This document shows, piece after piece, positions 1 through 9,792 of a stretch of 64,000 nt of DNA (its first letter is position 1; every line of letters starts with the position of its first letter). The position numbers and the translations under genes are program-made. The DNA is from Myxococcota bacterium (GTDB lineage: Bacteria > Myxococcota_A > UBA9160 > UBA6930), in the NCBI GenBank assembly GCA_965223415.1, contig OZ245002.1, forward strand, positions 4,864,001-4,928,000. Reading direction: 5' to 3'. The notes beneath the pieces are model-generated. The model made no database searches. It saw only the letters and a list, made by a program, of their open reading frames with translations, and was not told the DNA's origin.

Positions 1-741
1 GGGCACGTTGCGCAGGTAGCGCCCCGCCAGCCGCCCGGGCTCCTGCAGCAGGCGATGGGCCCACTCGAGGCCGATCCGCTGGACCCAGCGCGGCGCCCGC
101 TGGACCTCACCGGCCACGAAGCTCAGGCTGATGCCGCAGCCCATCCACCAGGTGCGGGGGAAGCGCGCCCGGAGGGCGTCGATCAGGTACTCGGTCTTCG
201 GGGAGCCGAAGGCCACGAACACCAGGTCCGGCTGGGCCGGCGCGAGGGCCTCGGCGATGGCCGCGAGCTCTTCGCCGGTCGGCGGCGTGCTCACCCGGGG
301 CGCGAAGTGGCCGGCCACGACCAGGCCCGGGTAGTGCGAGGTGAGCTTTCGGGCGGCCTCGGAGGCGACGCCGTCGTCTCCGCCGAGCAGGAAGAGCCGG
401 TGGCCGGCGTGGGCCGCCTGCTCCGCCAGCAGCCAGACCAGGTCGGAGCCCGCCACCCGCTCCGGGAAGGGATGGCCAGCCAGGCGAGCCATCCACAGCA
501 GCGGAGAACCGTCCGGCACCCGGAGATCGGCCCGGCCGTAGAGTGCCCGCACCTCGGCGTCGCGGCTGGCCTGCTGGACGAGCTCCACGTTCGGCGTCAA
601 CACCCAGCCCCCCCGTCCCGCGGCCACGCCCTCCCGGACCCGACGACACACTTCGTTGCGATCGATCCGGTGGAGCGGAAGCCCGTGGAAGTCGAAGGTC
701 CCGTACTCGGCGGCCGCCCCTCCGGCCGGCGGCGCGGTCAC
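1..741 (-). CDS. WecB/TagA/CpsF family glycosyltransferase (3' end outside window)
   Basis: Translated by hand: WVLTPNVE, RVPDGSPLLW, ERVAGSDL, VFVAFGSPK, GLEWAHRLLQEP. The GTG start overlaps the PPTase stop (GTGA). Confidence 0.9.
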   Translation of the reverse strand, partial: MTAPPAGGAAAEYGTFDFHGLPLHRIDRNEVCRRVREGVAAGRGGWVLTPNVELVQQASRDAEVRALYGRADLRVPDGSPLLWMARLAGHPFPERVAGSDLVWLLAEQAAHAGHRLFLLGGDDGVASEAARKLTSHYPGLVVAGHFAPRVSTPPTGEELAAIAEALAPAQPDLVFVAFGSPKTEYLIDALRARFPRTWWMGCGISLSFVAGEVQRAPRWVQRIGLEWAHRLLQEPGRLAGRYLRNVP

Positions 742-1478
742 GGCCTGGGCTCCCCGCCCGGAACCCAGCGGCACACCAGCCGCTCGGCGCCGGTCGCCGC
801 CACCGCCAGGTGATGGCGGGGGGTGGGCCGCCCGTGCCAACAGCGCCAGCCCGGCCCCGCCCCGCCGGGCGCGACCGGCGAAGGCGTTCCGGCTTCGCGG
901 GCCTCGGCGTCGCCGGGCGGAAAGTGGACACGGCCCAGGAGCCCCGCCAGCCCGCCGCCCTCGGCCTTGGCCAAGGCCTCCTTCAGGCACCACAGGCGGA
1001 GGAAGCGCTCCCGCGCGAGCGCATCGTCCGAAGGCTCGCCCACCCGGCGCGCCTCGTCCGGATGGAAGAAGCGCCCGGCCAACGCCCGCGGGTCGCGCAG
1101 CCGGCGGCCACCCTCCACGTCCACGCCCACGGCCCCTCGGCCGACGGCGCAGGCAACGAGCCCGTCCGTGTGGGAGACGTTGAACGCCGGGGCGTCGGCC
1201 TGGGCGAGCTCGGGGCGCCCCCGCGCATCGCGGCGAAGGGTCCAGGCCTCCGGCCCGCGCCCGCCGTAGCAAGCGAGGACGTGGCGGAGGAGTCCCCGCC
1301 CGCAGGCGAACCGTCGCCCGGGCTCCTCCGCCATGCGCCCCAGCTCCCCGCGTTCCGCGTCGGACAGCACGCGCCGCAGACAGGCCGGCGTGTCCTCCGG
1401 CTCGGCCATCAGCCACACGTGGATCTCGTCGGGGGGCAGCCCGGTGTCGGGGGTGCTCGGCGGAGCGGGATCGGACAC
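738..1478 (-). CDS. Sfp-type 4'-phosphopantetheinyl transferase
   Basis: Motifs GRP, FNVSHT, VGVDVE and WCLKEALAKAEG. Confidence 0.92.
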   Translation of the reverse strand: MSDPAPPSTPDTGLPPDEIHVWLMAEPEDTPACLRRVLSDAERGELGRMAEEPGRRFACGRGLLRHVLACYGGRGPEAWTLRRDARGRPELAQADAPAFNVSHTDGLVACAVGRGAVGVDVEGGRRLRDPRALAGRFFHPDEARRVGEPSDDALARERFLRLWCLKEALAKAEGGGLAGLLGRVHFPPGDAEAREAGTPSPVAPGGAGPGWRCWHGRPTPRHHLAVAATGAERLVCRWVPGGEPRP

Positions 1479-1619
1479 AGCGGCGAACGGTGGGGTGCCG
1501 GAGGATGTGTGTCAACGCACGGGGCCCATTCCGCCTCGGAGCGAGGCTCGGTCGGTACCGTACCGGGAGCGAGCCGCCCACGTGGCAACCGGGCGTGGGT
1601 CCGCGATCCTCAGGCCGCC

Positions 1620-3434
1620 GTGTCGTCCCACGCCTCGACCCCTGCTCCGGGCGCCAGCCCGGAGACGCCCTGGCTCCATCCCTTTGCGGGATGCGTGGCC
1701 GCACGGGGCGCGGTGAAGGCCGCGCTCCAGCGGAGCCCCTGCGTGGCGCTCACCGGGCCCGAGGGCATCGGGAAGACGCGTCTCCTGCACGACCTGCCCG
1801 TGGTGCTCGGCGGCGCCTTCCGGGTGGCCTACGTGCCCTTCGCCGCCCTGCCGGGGAGGGAGCTCGCCGCCTGGGCGCTGGGTGCCCTGGACGAGCCCGT
1901 GGAGGGAGATCCGGCGGAGAACCTGCGGGCCCTGGCGACCCGGAGCGGACAACCGCCGCTGCTCCTCGCCATCGACGAGGCCCACGCGATGCCCCAGGCG
2001 AGCGCGCGGCAGCTGGCGGATTGGATCCCCGAGGCGAAGGGACGCCTGGCACTGGTCGCGGCCTTCAACCCGGACCCGCGCACGCCCCGGGTACGGCTCG
2101 CCTTCGGGCCGGAACGGGTGGACGTCGCTTTCGAGCGGCCCCTCACGCCGGACGAGGCCCGCGAGCTGGTCCTGGCCTTCGTCGAGCGTTGCGACCCGCT
2201 CCCGAGCCGTCGGGCACGCTTCGACGAGACGACCCTGGCCGGCCTCTTCGCCACCTCCAGCGGCCTGCCCGGCCGGCTGCTGGACCTGACGCAACACGTG
2301 CTGGAGGGCGGCCCCGCACCCGGGCCCGACGGCCGCTTCGTGCTCGGCGACGAGTTCGACCCGTTCGCCGTCACGGCCAATGCCGACGGCTACGTGGCCC
2401 GGCCCGCCACCGAGGACACGCTCCGGGCCCTCGAGGAGACCCTCGACGGCGGCGCCCCCCTGCTGGCGATCGTCGGGCCGGCGGGAATCGGCAAGACCCA
2501 GATCCTGCGCGTGCTCGCCGGCCGGGTCGGCGAGCGCTTCCAGCCCCTCCACGTGGCCTACGGCAGCCTCGAGCCCAACGAGCTCGAGCGCTGGATCGCC
2601 ACCCTGCTCGGCGCGCCGACCAGCCCCGGCGCGCTGCTGGAGACGGCGAAGAGCTCCTCCCACGCCGGGCGCCCGCTGCTGCTGATGATCGACGACGCCG
2701 GCGCCGTTCCGCCGCGCTCCCTCGAGTGGCTCCACGAGCAGGCGGTCTCGAGCGAGGGCGCCCTGCGCATCCTGTTCGCGGCCACCGACAGCGGCGGCGA
2801 TCGCCCGCTGGCGAGCCTCGACGTCCTCGAGCCGGCGCCCCAGCGGATCCCGCTCTCGGATCCTCTCGATCCCGAGGAGAGCGAGGCCTGGGTCGCGGCC
2901 CAGCTGCGGGCCGCGGCCGCACCGGAGCCGGTGCGCCGGGCGTTCCACGCCCGGGCCGTGCGCGAGCTGCACCAGGAGGCGGGGGGCAACCCGGCCGAGC
3001 TGAAGCGCCTGGCCGAGGACCGGGTGCGGGAGATCTCCGCCCTGCCCGCTCCCGCTCCGCCGACCACCCGCGCTGCCCCCTTCGACCCGGAGCTCGTCGG
3101 CCAGCCGGCGTGGCTTCGCGGACGGTGGGCCGGCCTGCTGATCGGCGCCCTCGCGCTCCTGGCCTTTGCGGCCTTCTTGTTTCCCGCCCTCACCGACTGG
3201 AGTCCGGCGGACCCGGGGCGCAGCGTCGACGCGGACATCGTGAGCGTCCACATCAACGCCACACCCTGGGCCCGGGTCTCGATCGACGGCCGCGAGCTGG
3301 GCGCCACGCCCCTCGGCAACGTCGAGCTCAGCGTGGGGCCCCACGCCCTGCGGGCCGAGCTGGCGGACGGGACCGTGATCGAACGGGAGATCCAGATCGA
3401 CACCGAGCACCGGCACGTGGTCATCACCCGGTGA
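1620..3434 (+). CDS. Tandem ExeA-like AAA ATPase with TM helix and C-terminal PEGA-like domain (start approximate)
   Basis: Two Walker A (GPEGIGKT, GPAGIGKT) and two Walker B (AIDEAH, MIDDAG) motifs; SGLPG and GGNP motifs; hydrophobic helix; INATPWARVSIDG..LGATP at the C-terminus. Confidence 0.75.
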   Translation: MSSHASTPAPGASPETPWLHPFAGCVAARGAVKAALQRSPCVALTGPEGIGKTRLLHDLPVVLGGAFRVAYVPFAALPGRELAAWALGALDEPVEGDPAENLRALATRSGQPPLLLAIDEAHAMPQASARQLADWIPEAKGRLALVAAFNPDPRTPRVRLAFGPERVDVAFERPLTPDEARELVLAFVERCDPLPSRRARFDETTLAGLFATSSGLPGRLLDLTQHVLEGGPAPGPDGRFVLGDEFDPFAVTANADGYVARPATEDTLRALEETLDGGAPLLAIVGPAGIGKTQILRVLAGRVGERFQPLHVAYGSLEPNELERWIATLLGAPTSPGALLETAKSSSHAGRPLLLMIDDAGAVPPRSLEWLHEQAVSSEGALRILFAATDSGGDRPLASLDVLEPAPQRIPLSDPLDPEESEAWVAAQLRAAAAPEPVRRAFHARAVRELHQEAGGNPAELKRLAEDRVREISALPAPAPPTTRAAPFDPELVGQPAWLRGRWAGLLIGALALLAFAAFLFPALTDWSPADPGRSVDADIVSVHINATPWARVSIDGRELGATPLGNVELSVGPHALRAELADGTVIEREIQIDTEHRHVVITR

Positions 3435-4084
3435 CCGGACCCGGGCGGAGATCCCTCGGGCTCTCTGGTGCGGCCCTGCTGCTGCTCGCGGCGGCGGCCG
3501 GGGCCCAGCCGATCCCGGGCGGGGTCTCGTCCATGGCGGTGATGTGGGCCCAGGGCGAGTACCGCTCGCCCATGATCTGCGAGATCGACGGCCAGCCCGC
3601 CCGCGCCCTTCGCCGGGTGGTGGTCCGTCCCGGCCCGCGCCGGGGCGCGCGCCTCAGCGGACGCCTGACCTTCTTCGACCTGGAGGCTCCGTCGAACACG
3701 GTCTGCTACGGCGAGACCGGCGGCGACCAGCCGAACCTGATCGGTGCCCTGTACTTCGTGCTCGAGGGGCGGGCCAACAGTGACACGGCCCGCCACGACT
3801 TCGACGAGACCCTTCGCCGCAAGGGAGGCTTCGCCTTCGACGTGACCGGCGGAAGCCTGCGCGGCGGCCCGCCCGGCGCCGCGACCGGCGGGCTTCCGGC
3901 CTTCGAGCTCGCCGAGGCCGAGCTCCGGGTCGACACCGTCGCGCGGGGCAGCGACGCCTTCCGTCGCCTGGCCGACTTCGGCGCCCGCGACAAGCGGGTC
4001 CTCACCCTCCAGCTCGCGGACGGACGCAGCTGGTCCTTCGACCTGGTGCGCTGGGATCCCCCGGACCGCCGCCGTCCGCGCTGA
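3431..4084 (+). CDS. Hypothetical secreted protein
   Basis: GTG start overlaps the upstream stop; signal-peptide-like LLLLAAAAGA; GC3-biased codons. Confidence 0.6.
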   Translation: MTGPGRRSLGLSGAALLLLAAAAGAQPIPGGVSSMAVMWAQGEYRSPMICEIDGQPARALRRVVVRPGPRRGARLSGRLTFFDLEAPSNTVCYGETGGDQPNLIGALYFVLEGRANSDTARHDFDETLRRKGGFAFDVTGGSLRGGPPGAATGGLPAFELAEAELRVDTVARGSDAFRRLADFGARDKRVLTLQLADGRSWSFDLVRWDPPDRRRPR

Positions 4085-4088
4085 GCCG

Positions 4089-5372
4089 GTGCACGGGCCC
4101 TACCGGATCGGCGCGACGCGCTGGTGGCTGCGAGACGGGGTCGATTTCGACACCGCCCGGGCGGCCCTCGTCGGGACCCAGGAGGCCCTGACCTCCGGTG
4201 CCCTCGTCGATCGCAAGCACGGCCGACGCAAGGGGCTCTTCGACCTGGCGCTGGGCGTTGGCGCCGGCGACGACGCGCCGGACCACCTGCTGAAGCGCAA
4301 CGCCTACGAAGGCATCGCGCGGCTCCGGCGCAGCCTGCGGGGGAGCAAGGCGCGGGGCGAGCTGGAGCGAGCCGAGCGCGCTGCCGCCCGCGGCATCGCC
4401 ACGCCCCTGCCTCTGGCCGCGGGGGAGGTGAGGTGGGCCGGTCTCCTCGACCACTGCCTGCTGCTGATGCCGCGGCTGGAAGGAGCCGTCGACCTCCGGG
4501 TCGTGTGGGAGAGCCGGGCCCTGGCGCCGACCGAGCGCCGTGCCGTCGCGACGGCGTTCGGCGCCCTCTCCCGGGAGGCCGTCGAAGCCGGCCTCTTCCA
4601 GGACGACTTCGCCCCCAACAACGTGCTGCTGCGCCGCGGCTCGCCGCCCGAGCTCTGGATGATCGACTTCGAGCGCGCGGAGCTGCGCGACCGGGTGACG
4701 GCGGAGGAGCGCACCCGCATGCTGGCCAAGCTCCAGCGCGAGCTGGTCGGCGCCACCCGCGCGGATCGGCTGCGCTTCCTCCGGGCCTTCGACCCGGACG
4801 ATCCTCGCGGCGGGTGGCGCCGGGCCGAAGCGGAGGCGCCGCGGCTGCTCCAGCGGGACCTGGCCCACCTCGAGCGCACCCTTCGACGCCCGGGACGACG
4901 GTTCGCCCCGCTCCGGGACGGCGCCTTCTTCGGGTGGCAACGCAGGGACGTGGCCCTAGCGGACCTCCGACATCCTCGCGATGCCTCGGCGCCGCTCCCC
5001 GGACGCCGGGATCTTCCGCCGGTCTCCCGCGCCGCCGGGCGCCGCCTGTTCGCGACCGCCGTCCTCCTGGCCCGTCGGGGCCTCGGGCCGCGGCCGCTGG
5101 CCTGGTTCGGCTCGCCGGAGCGGAGCTGCCTGCTCTCCGAGCCGGCCGACGTGCAGGCCGAGGCCCCGGAATCCCCGGCAGGCCGGGTCCTGCTTCGCAG
5201 CCTGCTCGCCCTGGCCGATCTCGAAGGTCCGGTCCGGCCCGGAGACCTGGGCCGGATGCGCGGCCCGCACGGTGAAGCCGCCGCCGTGTGGCAGGCGCCG
5301 GAGCGCCTGATCGTCACGGGCCGCAGCGCTCCGCCGGAGCGCCATCGGGAGATCCTCTCCTCCCACCGCTAG
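4089..5372 (+). CDS. Lipopolysaccharide kinase (Kdo/WaaP/InaA) family protein
   Basis: LLK, ARGELE, GIATPLPLA, QDDFAPNNVL and WMIDFE kinase-like motifs. Confidence 0.8.
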   Translation: MHGPYRIGATRWWLRDGVDFDTARAALVGTQEALTSGALVDRKHGRRKGLFDLALGVGAGDDAPDHLLKRNAYEGIARLRRSLRGSKARGELERAERAAARGIATPLPLAAGEVRWAGLLDHCLLLMPRLEGAVDLRVVWESRALAPTERRAVATAFGALSREAVEAGLFQDDFAPNNVLLRRGSPPELWMIDFERAELRDRVTAEERTRMLAKLQRELVGATRADRLRFLRAFDPDDPRGGWRRAEAEAPRLLQRDLAHLERTLRRPGRRFAPLRDGAFFGWQRRDVALADLRHPRDASAPLPGRRDLPPVSRAAGRRLFATAVLLARRGLGPRPLAWFGSPERSCLLSEPADVQAEAPESPAGRVLLRSLLALADLEGPVRPGDLGRMRGPHGEAAAVWQAPERLIVTGRSAPPERHREILSSHR

Positions 5373-5422
5373 GAGGCCCCCCGGGTCTCCAGTCGCGCGG
5401 CGAAGCTTCCGATACGAGGCGC

Positions 5423-5752
5423 ATGAGCGAGCGCCCTCCGAAAGCGATCCGCTCCCTGCGCGAGGACGACCCCGCCGTCGAGGAGCGGATCGACACGTTC
5501 ATCGCCGGTCTGGGTGAGCGCATCGACCGGCTCCAGGACCTGGAGGCCGGCGGCGACCCGAATGCGCTCCGCGACGGCGTCCTGGCCTTCGCCGCCGAGG
5601 CCCTCGAGCTCGGCTACCCGGCGCTCGCAGAGACCGCCCGACGGGTGGCCACCGCCTGCGACGAGGGAAGCGCCGAGGCCATGCGCAAGGGAGTCCTCGA
5701 CCTCACCGACGTCTCCCAGCGCGTCCGCCGCGGGCATCGCTCCGCCGCCTGA
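5423..5752 (+). CDS. Hpt-like helical protein lacking the phospho-acceptor His
   Basis: Pattern S...DP....I..F...L..R...L....D...L and LGYPAL resembles stand-alone Hpt domains; no His at the expected position. Confidence 0.55.
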   Translation: MSERPPKAIRSLREDDPAVEERIDTFIAGLGERIDRLQDLEAGGDPNALRDGVLAFAAEALELGYPALAETARRVATACDEGSAEAMRKGVLDLTDVSQRVRRGHRSAA

Positions 5753-5820
5753 GCCCGGCGCGAGGCGGGGCATCGCTCCGCCGCCTGAGCCCGGCGCGAG
5801 GCGGGGCATCGCTCCGCCGC
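5732..5820. repeat. 36-bp tandem repeat, about 2.5 copies
   Basis: GGGCATCGCTCCGCCGCCTGAGCCCGGCGCGAGGCG at 5732 and 5768, partial copy at 5804. Confidence 0.95.
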
Positions 5821-5837
5821 TCGACGGTCGCTCCGGC

Positions 5838-6533
5838 TCACAGGAACGGGCGGAGCGCCTCCGGACCCAGCAGCACGGCCACCGCGATCGCGCCGTTCGC
5901 CACGGCGTGGGCCAGCACCGGCGCCGCGAGGTGCCCGCGCCGATAGAGCCACAGGTTGAAGGCGATGCCCGTCGGCAGGGCGACCAGCCACTCCCACTGG
6001 GCGTGGGTGAAGGTGAACCAGACCACCGTCACCCAGAAGCTGCGGGCCGCATAACGCGCCATCGGCTGCTTGCGGAAATCCTCTCCGGTATCGATCACGT
6101 CGGCGTAACGAATCAGGAAGCTCCGGACGAAGAGCTCCTCGACGAAGGGCGTCACGACCACGAAGCCCACGAGCCGCAGGCCCAGGGCCAGGGACTCGCG
6201 GCCCGGACCCAGGAGCGCGGCGTCGAAGCCCTCGTCGGAGCCCGGGCGCGGCAGCTCGGCGAAGAGCAGGAACGGGCCCATCCACACGGCGGCGATCGCG
6301 AGGCCCGCCAGTACGTCGGCGAGGCTGCCCGGCCCCAGCGGATAGCCGCGGAGCTCGGGATAGCGGCCGCGCAGCGCGAAGACCACGACCAGGGCGCCGG
6401 GCAGCAGCACCCGCGCGATCAACACGTAGGGAGCGGCGGCCTCGGGAAGGCGCGAGCCGAAATCGGCGATGGCGAGGAAGAGACCGTAGGGGGCGAGATA
6501 GGGCCACCAGCCGTGATCGTTCCCCGCCGTCAT
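5838..6533 (-). CDS. CPBP (CAAX prenyl protease-related) intramembrane glutamic protease
   Basis: PFVEELFVRSFL, FTFTH and HAVAN motifs; multiple TM segments. Confidence 0.88.
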   Translation of the reverse strand: MTAGNDHGWWPYLAPYGLFLAIADFGSRLPEAAAPYVLIARVLLPGALVVVFALRGRYPELRGYPLGPGSLADVLAGLAIAAVWMGPFLLFAELPRPGSDEGFDAALLGPGRESLALGLRLVGFVVVTPFVEELFVRSFLIRYADVIDTGEDFRKQPMARYAARSFWVTVVWFTFTHAQWEWLVALPTGIAFNLWLYRRGHLAAPVLAHAVANGAIAVAVLLGPEALRPFL

Positions 6534-6588
6534 CCGCTCCCCACCATGGCGCCCCGGGCGGCGGGTGCCAACCCTCTCCGGTTCGGCG

Positions 6589-7329
6589 CTAGGCCGCCGC
6601 CACGGCGAGCAGGGGGATCAGGATCGCGAGACCGATCCCGACCGCGATGCCGACGCCGATCACGAGCAGCAGCGTCACCACCGCGATGCCCAGAGCTCGC
6701 GGGAAGGAGTCGGTGAGCATGGCCCGCAGCACCAGCGCGTTCACCAGGATGCTGAGGCCGATGCTGGCCAGCTGATAGCCGAGGGCTCCGGCGACATCGG
6801 TCGGCTCGGTGGGTCCGGCGACCAGCACCAGGCCCGGGCCTGCCAGCGCGCCGGCGACCGCCTGGACCAGCACGATGCCGTAGGCCTTCTTGAAGCCCGG
6901 GCTCTCCTGGCCGACGACACGACAGCCCATCAGCAGGAACAGGGCGGAAATCGCGACGAGAAGGCCGATCATCGCGAGGAGGGCGAACAGGATGCCGGCG
7001 ATCACGGCCGCGTCGGCGTCCTCCGTCCAGGCCTGGGCCTGCTCCAGCATGTCGCCGGAGAGCTCCGGCGTGTTCCAGCCCTCCGGGGTCTCGCCGGCAG
7101 CGGTTCCGTCCGCCTCGCCGGGAAGGACGCTGAGCCCTTCGAGCTGGCTGAACGGGAGATCCTCGATCTCCTCGCGGCCCAGCACCTGATCGCGGAAGGC
7201 CGGCGGCACCTCCTCGGCGCGGTCCGTGTAGTGGTGCGTGCCGTTGGCATCCACCCAGCGGTAGATCTCGGCCTGGGCGGCGGGAGCCGCGAGACCGGCC
7301 AGGACGAAGCTGACGACCAGGAGCTTCAC
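6589..7329 (-). CDS. DUF4124-domain membrane protein
   Basis: Signal peptide, then AEIYRWVDANGTHHYTD; several C-terminal TM helices. Confidence 0.75.
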   Translation of the reverse strand: MKLLVVSFVLAGLAAPAAQAEIYRWVDANGTHHYTDRAEEVPPAFRDQVLGREEIEDLPFSQLEGLSVLPGEADGTAAGETPEGWNTPELSGDMLEQAQAWTEDADAAVIAGILFALLAMIGLLVAISALFLLMGCRVVGQESPGFKKAYGIVLVQAVAGALAGPGLVLVAGPTEPTDVAGALGYQLASIGLSILVNALVLRAMLTDSFPRALGIAVVTLLLVIGVGIAVGIGLAILIPLLAVAAA

Positions 7330-7389
7330 CTCTCGCCTGTCGACCCCCCGGAGCGCCCCCTTGAGAGGGGGCCGTGCTACCGGTGCGCC

Positions 7390-7941
7390 ATGGTCCCGGC
7401 GCCCCGGAACGTCCCGCTCGCCTTCTGGATCCGTCCAGAGCGGCTGCTCGCCGGCGCCTTCCCCGGCCACGTCCTCCCAGAGGTCGCCGACCGACAGCTG
7501 GGCGCGCTCCTCGATGCCGGAGTGCGCCGGGTGCTCGACCTGATGGAGGAGCCCCCGCGCGGTGCTCCGCCCTACCGCCCGCGCCTCGACGAGCTCGCGG
7601 CCACCCGTGGGCTTCGGGTCGAGGTCGCGCGGATCGGCATCGAAGACCACGACGTGCCGGACGCCGCCGGCCGGGAGGCCCTGGAGCACTGGCTCGACGG
7701 CGTCGTCGCGTGCGAAGGCGCGAGCTACGTGCACTGCTGGGGCGGCCGGGGGCGAACCGGCCTGCTTACGGGGCTCGACCTGCTCCGCACCGGTCGGGCC
7801 GGCAGCGACGACGTCGCATCGGCGATCGCGGCGCTCCGCTGCGGCCTCCCCGGCGTGTCTCCAGAGAGCGACGAGCAGCGCGCGTGGCTCCGGGCCTATC
7901 CGGTCCTCAGGGCGCCAGCCACAGCTGCACGATCGCGGTGA
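7390..7941 (+). CDS. Dual-specificity/protein-tyrosine phosphatase
   Basis: VHCWGGRGRTG (CX5R loop), IEDHDVP, SPESDEQ. Confidence 0.88.
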   Translation: MVPAPRNVPLAFWIRPERLLAGAFPGHVLPEVADRQLGALLDAGVRRVLDLMEEPPRGAPPYRPRLDELAATRGLRVEVARIGIEDHDVPDAAGREALEHWLDGVVACEGASYVHCWGGRGRTGLLTGLDLLRTGRAGSDDVASAIAALRCGLPGVSPESDEQRAWLRAYPVLRAPATAARSR

Positions 7942-8479
7942 GCGTGAACAGGCCAGCGGCGCCGAACACCGCGGCCGTGAGCCGGGGCGCGCGGCGTACC
8001 GCCAGGACGAGGCCGCTCGCGGAGAAGGCGACGAGCGCGACCGCGCTCGCGTCGGCGAGGGCCGCCCACAGCACGAAGACGGCGCCCCCGCGGTAGCGAC
8101 GCTGGCCGTGCAGCTCGGCCATCCGGGTCGCCAGGCTCGGCACGCGCACCTGCACCCGGGCGTGATCGGCACCAGGGGCGACCGTCACCGTCGTGTGTCG
8201 GCCCGGACGGCGAAGCACCACCTGGACGCCGCCCTCGTCGCTCCGAACGCGATCCAGCCGGGCGCGGGGATCGAGTCCGACGCCGACGAGGCGGGCGGCC
8301 TCCTCACCGGTCTCGGCGTCGAGCAGCGGACGGCGGCCCTGCTCCGCCTCCCACCTCGTCGTGCCGAAGACGATCGCGGCGCCGGTCAGCGTGTAGAGGA
8401 GCAGCGCCCCCGCCAGCAGCACCGCCGAGAGCTGGTGGAGGGTCAAGAGGGCCCGGGTCCAGCGGAGCCGCCTCCTCAT
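7907..8479 (-). CDS. PepSY-associated TM protein (second of a pair)
   Basis: TM with LHQ..LYTLTG, ELHG motif, C-terminal TMs with SGL; ATG overlaps the upstream stop. Confidence 0.65.
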   Translation of the reverse strand: MRRRLRWTRALLTLHQLSAVLLAGALLLYTLTGAAIVFGTTRWEAEQGRRPLLDAETGEEAARLVGVGLDPRARLDRVRSDEGGVQVVLRRPGRHTTVTVAPGADHARVQVRVPSLATRMAELHGQRRYRGGAVFVLWAALADASAVALVAFSASGLVLAVRRAPRLTAAVFGAAGLFTLTAIVQLWLAP

Positions 8480-9060
8480 GCCGCGAGCCACCCGGCCAGG
8501 ACCAGGATCCCGAGGCACGCCGCGCCGGCGAGCCACGCCCAGCCGGGACGCCGCCGCCACCGGGCGCCTTCCAGCAACACGCCGCTCGCCACGAGGAACG
8601 GGAAGCCGACGAACGACAGCTGGGTGTAGAGCCCCCAGGCCGGCCCCCAGAACGATCCGGGCAACGCGTGCAGCCCGTGAAGCCCCGTCACCACGCCGAG
8701 CAGCCCTCCGTCGCGCAGGCGCACGTGAACCTCTTGCGCCGCCGGATCCCACTCCGCGTCGTAGACCCGCCCGGGCCGCACGACGCGGAACCGCAGGCGA
8801 CCGTCCGGTTCGGTCTCGACGCGCCAGGGCGGAACGTGGCCCACCCAGCCGAGCGCGTCTCTCGCGGCCACCGCCCGGGCCTCCGACGTCTCGGCAGCCG
8901 GAACCGCGAGCGGCTCCCGCCACTCCCGACGCCCGGCCGGCGCCCAATCCGGGTGGCTCAGCAGGAGCGAGCTGACGCCGTAGACGAGGGCATAGGGAGC
9001 GAGCAGCGCGCCGACGGTGAGATGCCACACGACCCAGCGCCGGCGCCAACGGGGAGACAT
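8476..9060 (-). CDS. PepSY-associated TM protein
   Basis: WHLTVG..YGVSSLLLSH, LHGLH, ASGVLL. Confidence 0.7.
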   Translation of the reverse strand: MSPRWRRRWVVWHLTVGALLAPYALVYGVSSLLLSHPDWAPAGRREWREPLAVPAAETSEARAVAARDALGWVGHVPPWRVETEPDGRLRFRVVRPGRVYDAEWDPAAQEVHVRLRDGGLLGVVTGLHGLHALPGSFWGPAWGLYTQLSFVGFPFLVASGVLLEGARWRRRPGWAWLAGAACLGILVLAGWLAA

Positions 9061-9119
9061 CCGGCGAAGAGTAGGGAGTCGCGGCCCGTCTGATAGGCTG
9101 GCTCGACCGGGAGACGAAG

Positions 9120-9785
9120 ATGACGCGTGTGCGACGCCCCGCCTGGATCCCGCTGCTGCTGCTCCTCCTCCTCGCCGCGCCGGCGCTGCCGGCACCGCCG
9201 GGCGAGACGCCCATCGAGGACGTGCTCCAGATCGTCGCCCTCGACCGGGAGCTCATCGCGATCGACGGGGCAAGCGGCCACGAGCTGTCCCTGCGGCTCG
9301 AGATCGGCGAGCGGCTGATCGGCCGACACACCCGGGGCCGCGTCGGCGTGGTCGTGACCGATCGCCGCATCCTCGCCGTCGGGGTCGGCTCGGGCAGCTG
9401 GCAGCGGGAGCGCCTTCGCCACGGCGAGGCGCTCCTGGAGCCGCCGCTGCTGGGCGATCGGGTGGCCCTCGTCCTCACCACCCGCCGCGCCCTCGGCTTC
9501 GACGGCGGCAGCCGCAACCTCGTGGAGAAGGACCTCGGGCCCCGGGAGAAGCCCCGCCTGCGTGCGGTGGGGGCGAACGTCGCGATCCTGGCGACCGGGC
9601 GGCGCGCGCTCGGCCTCTCTCCCTTCCGCGGCGGCTTCTTCGAGATCGGGCTGCGCCTGAACGAGGCGCTGGAGGGCGCCGAAGCCGGCGGGAACCTGGC
9701 CACTCTCACCACCTCCCAGCGGCTGCTCACCTTCAAGGCGGCCAGCGGCCATTGGAGCGAGCGCCAGCTGGGCCTCGGCTTCTAG
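9120..9785 (+). CDS. Hypothetical secreted beta-repeat protein
   Basis: Signal peptide; about four internal repeats of V..T.RR.L(A/G). Confidence 0.65.
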   Translation: MTRVRRPAWIPLLLLLLLAAPALPAPPGETPIEDVLQIVALDRELIAIDGASGHELSLRLEIGERLIGRHTRGRVGVVVTDRRILAVGVGSGSWQRERLRHGEALLEPPLLGDRVALVLTTRRALGFDGGSRNLVEKDLGPREKPRLRAVGANVAILATGRRALGLSPFRGGFFEIGLRLNEALEGAEAGGNLATLTTSQRLLTFKAASGHWSERQLGLGF

Positions 9786-9792
9786 GTGGCGG

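Noticed and set aside
738..1478. PPTase as a marker of an NRPS/PKS cluster
   Set aside because: No carrier-protein or synthase genes in the window; genes left of position 1 cannot be seen.
543..1619. N-terminal ~360 aa of the 963-aa ORF, and the many long Arg/Pro/Gly-rich overlapping ORFs in the track
   Set aside because: Shadow frames caused by high GC; they overlap well-supported genes and lack motifs.
5732..5820. 36-bp repeat as a mini-CRISPR
   Set aside because: Copies are contiguous with no spacers.
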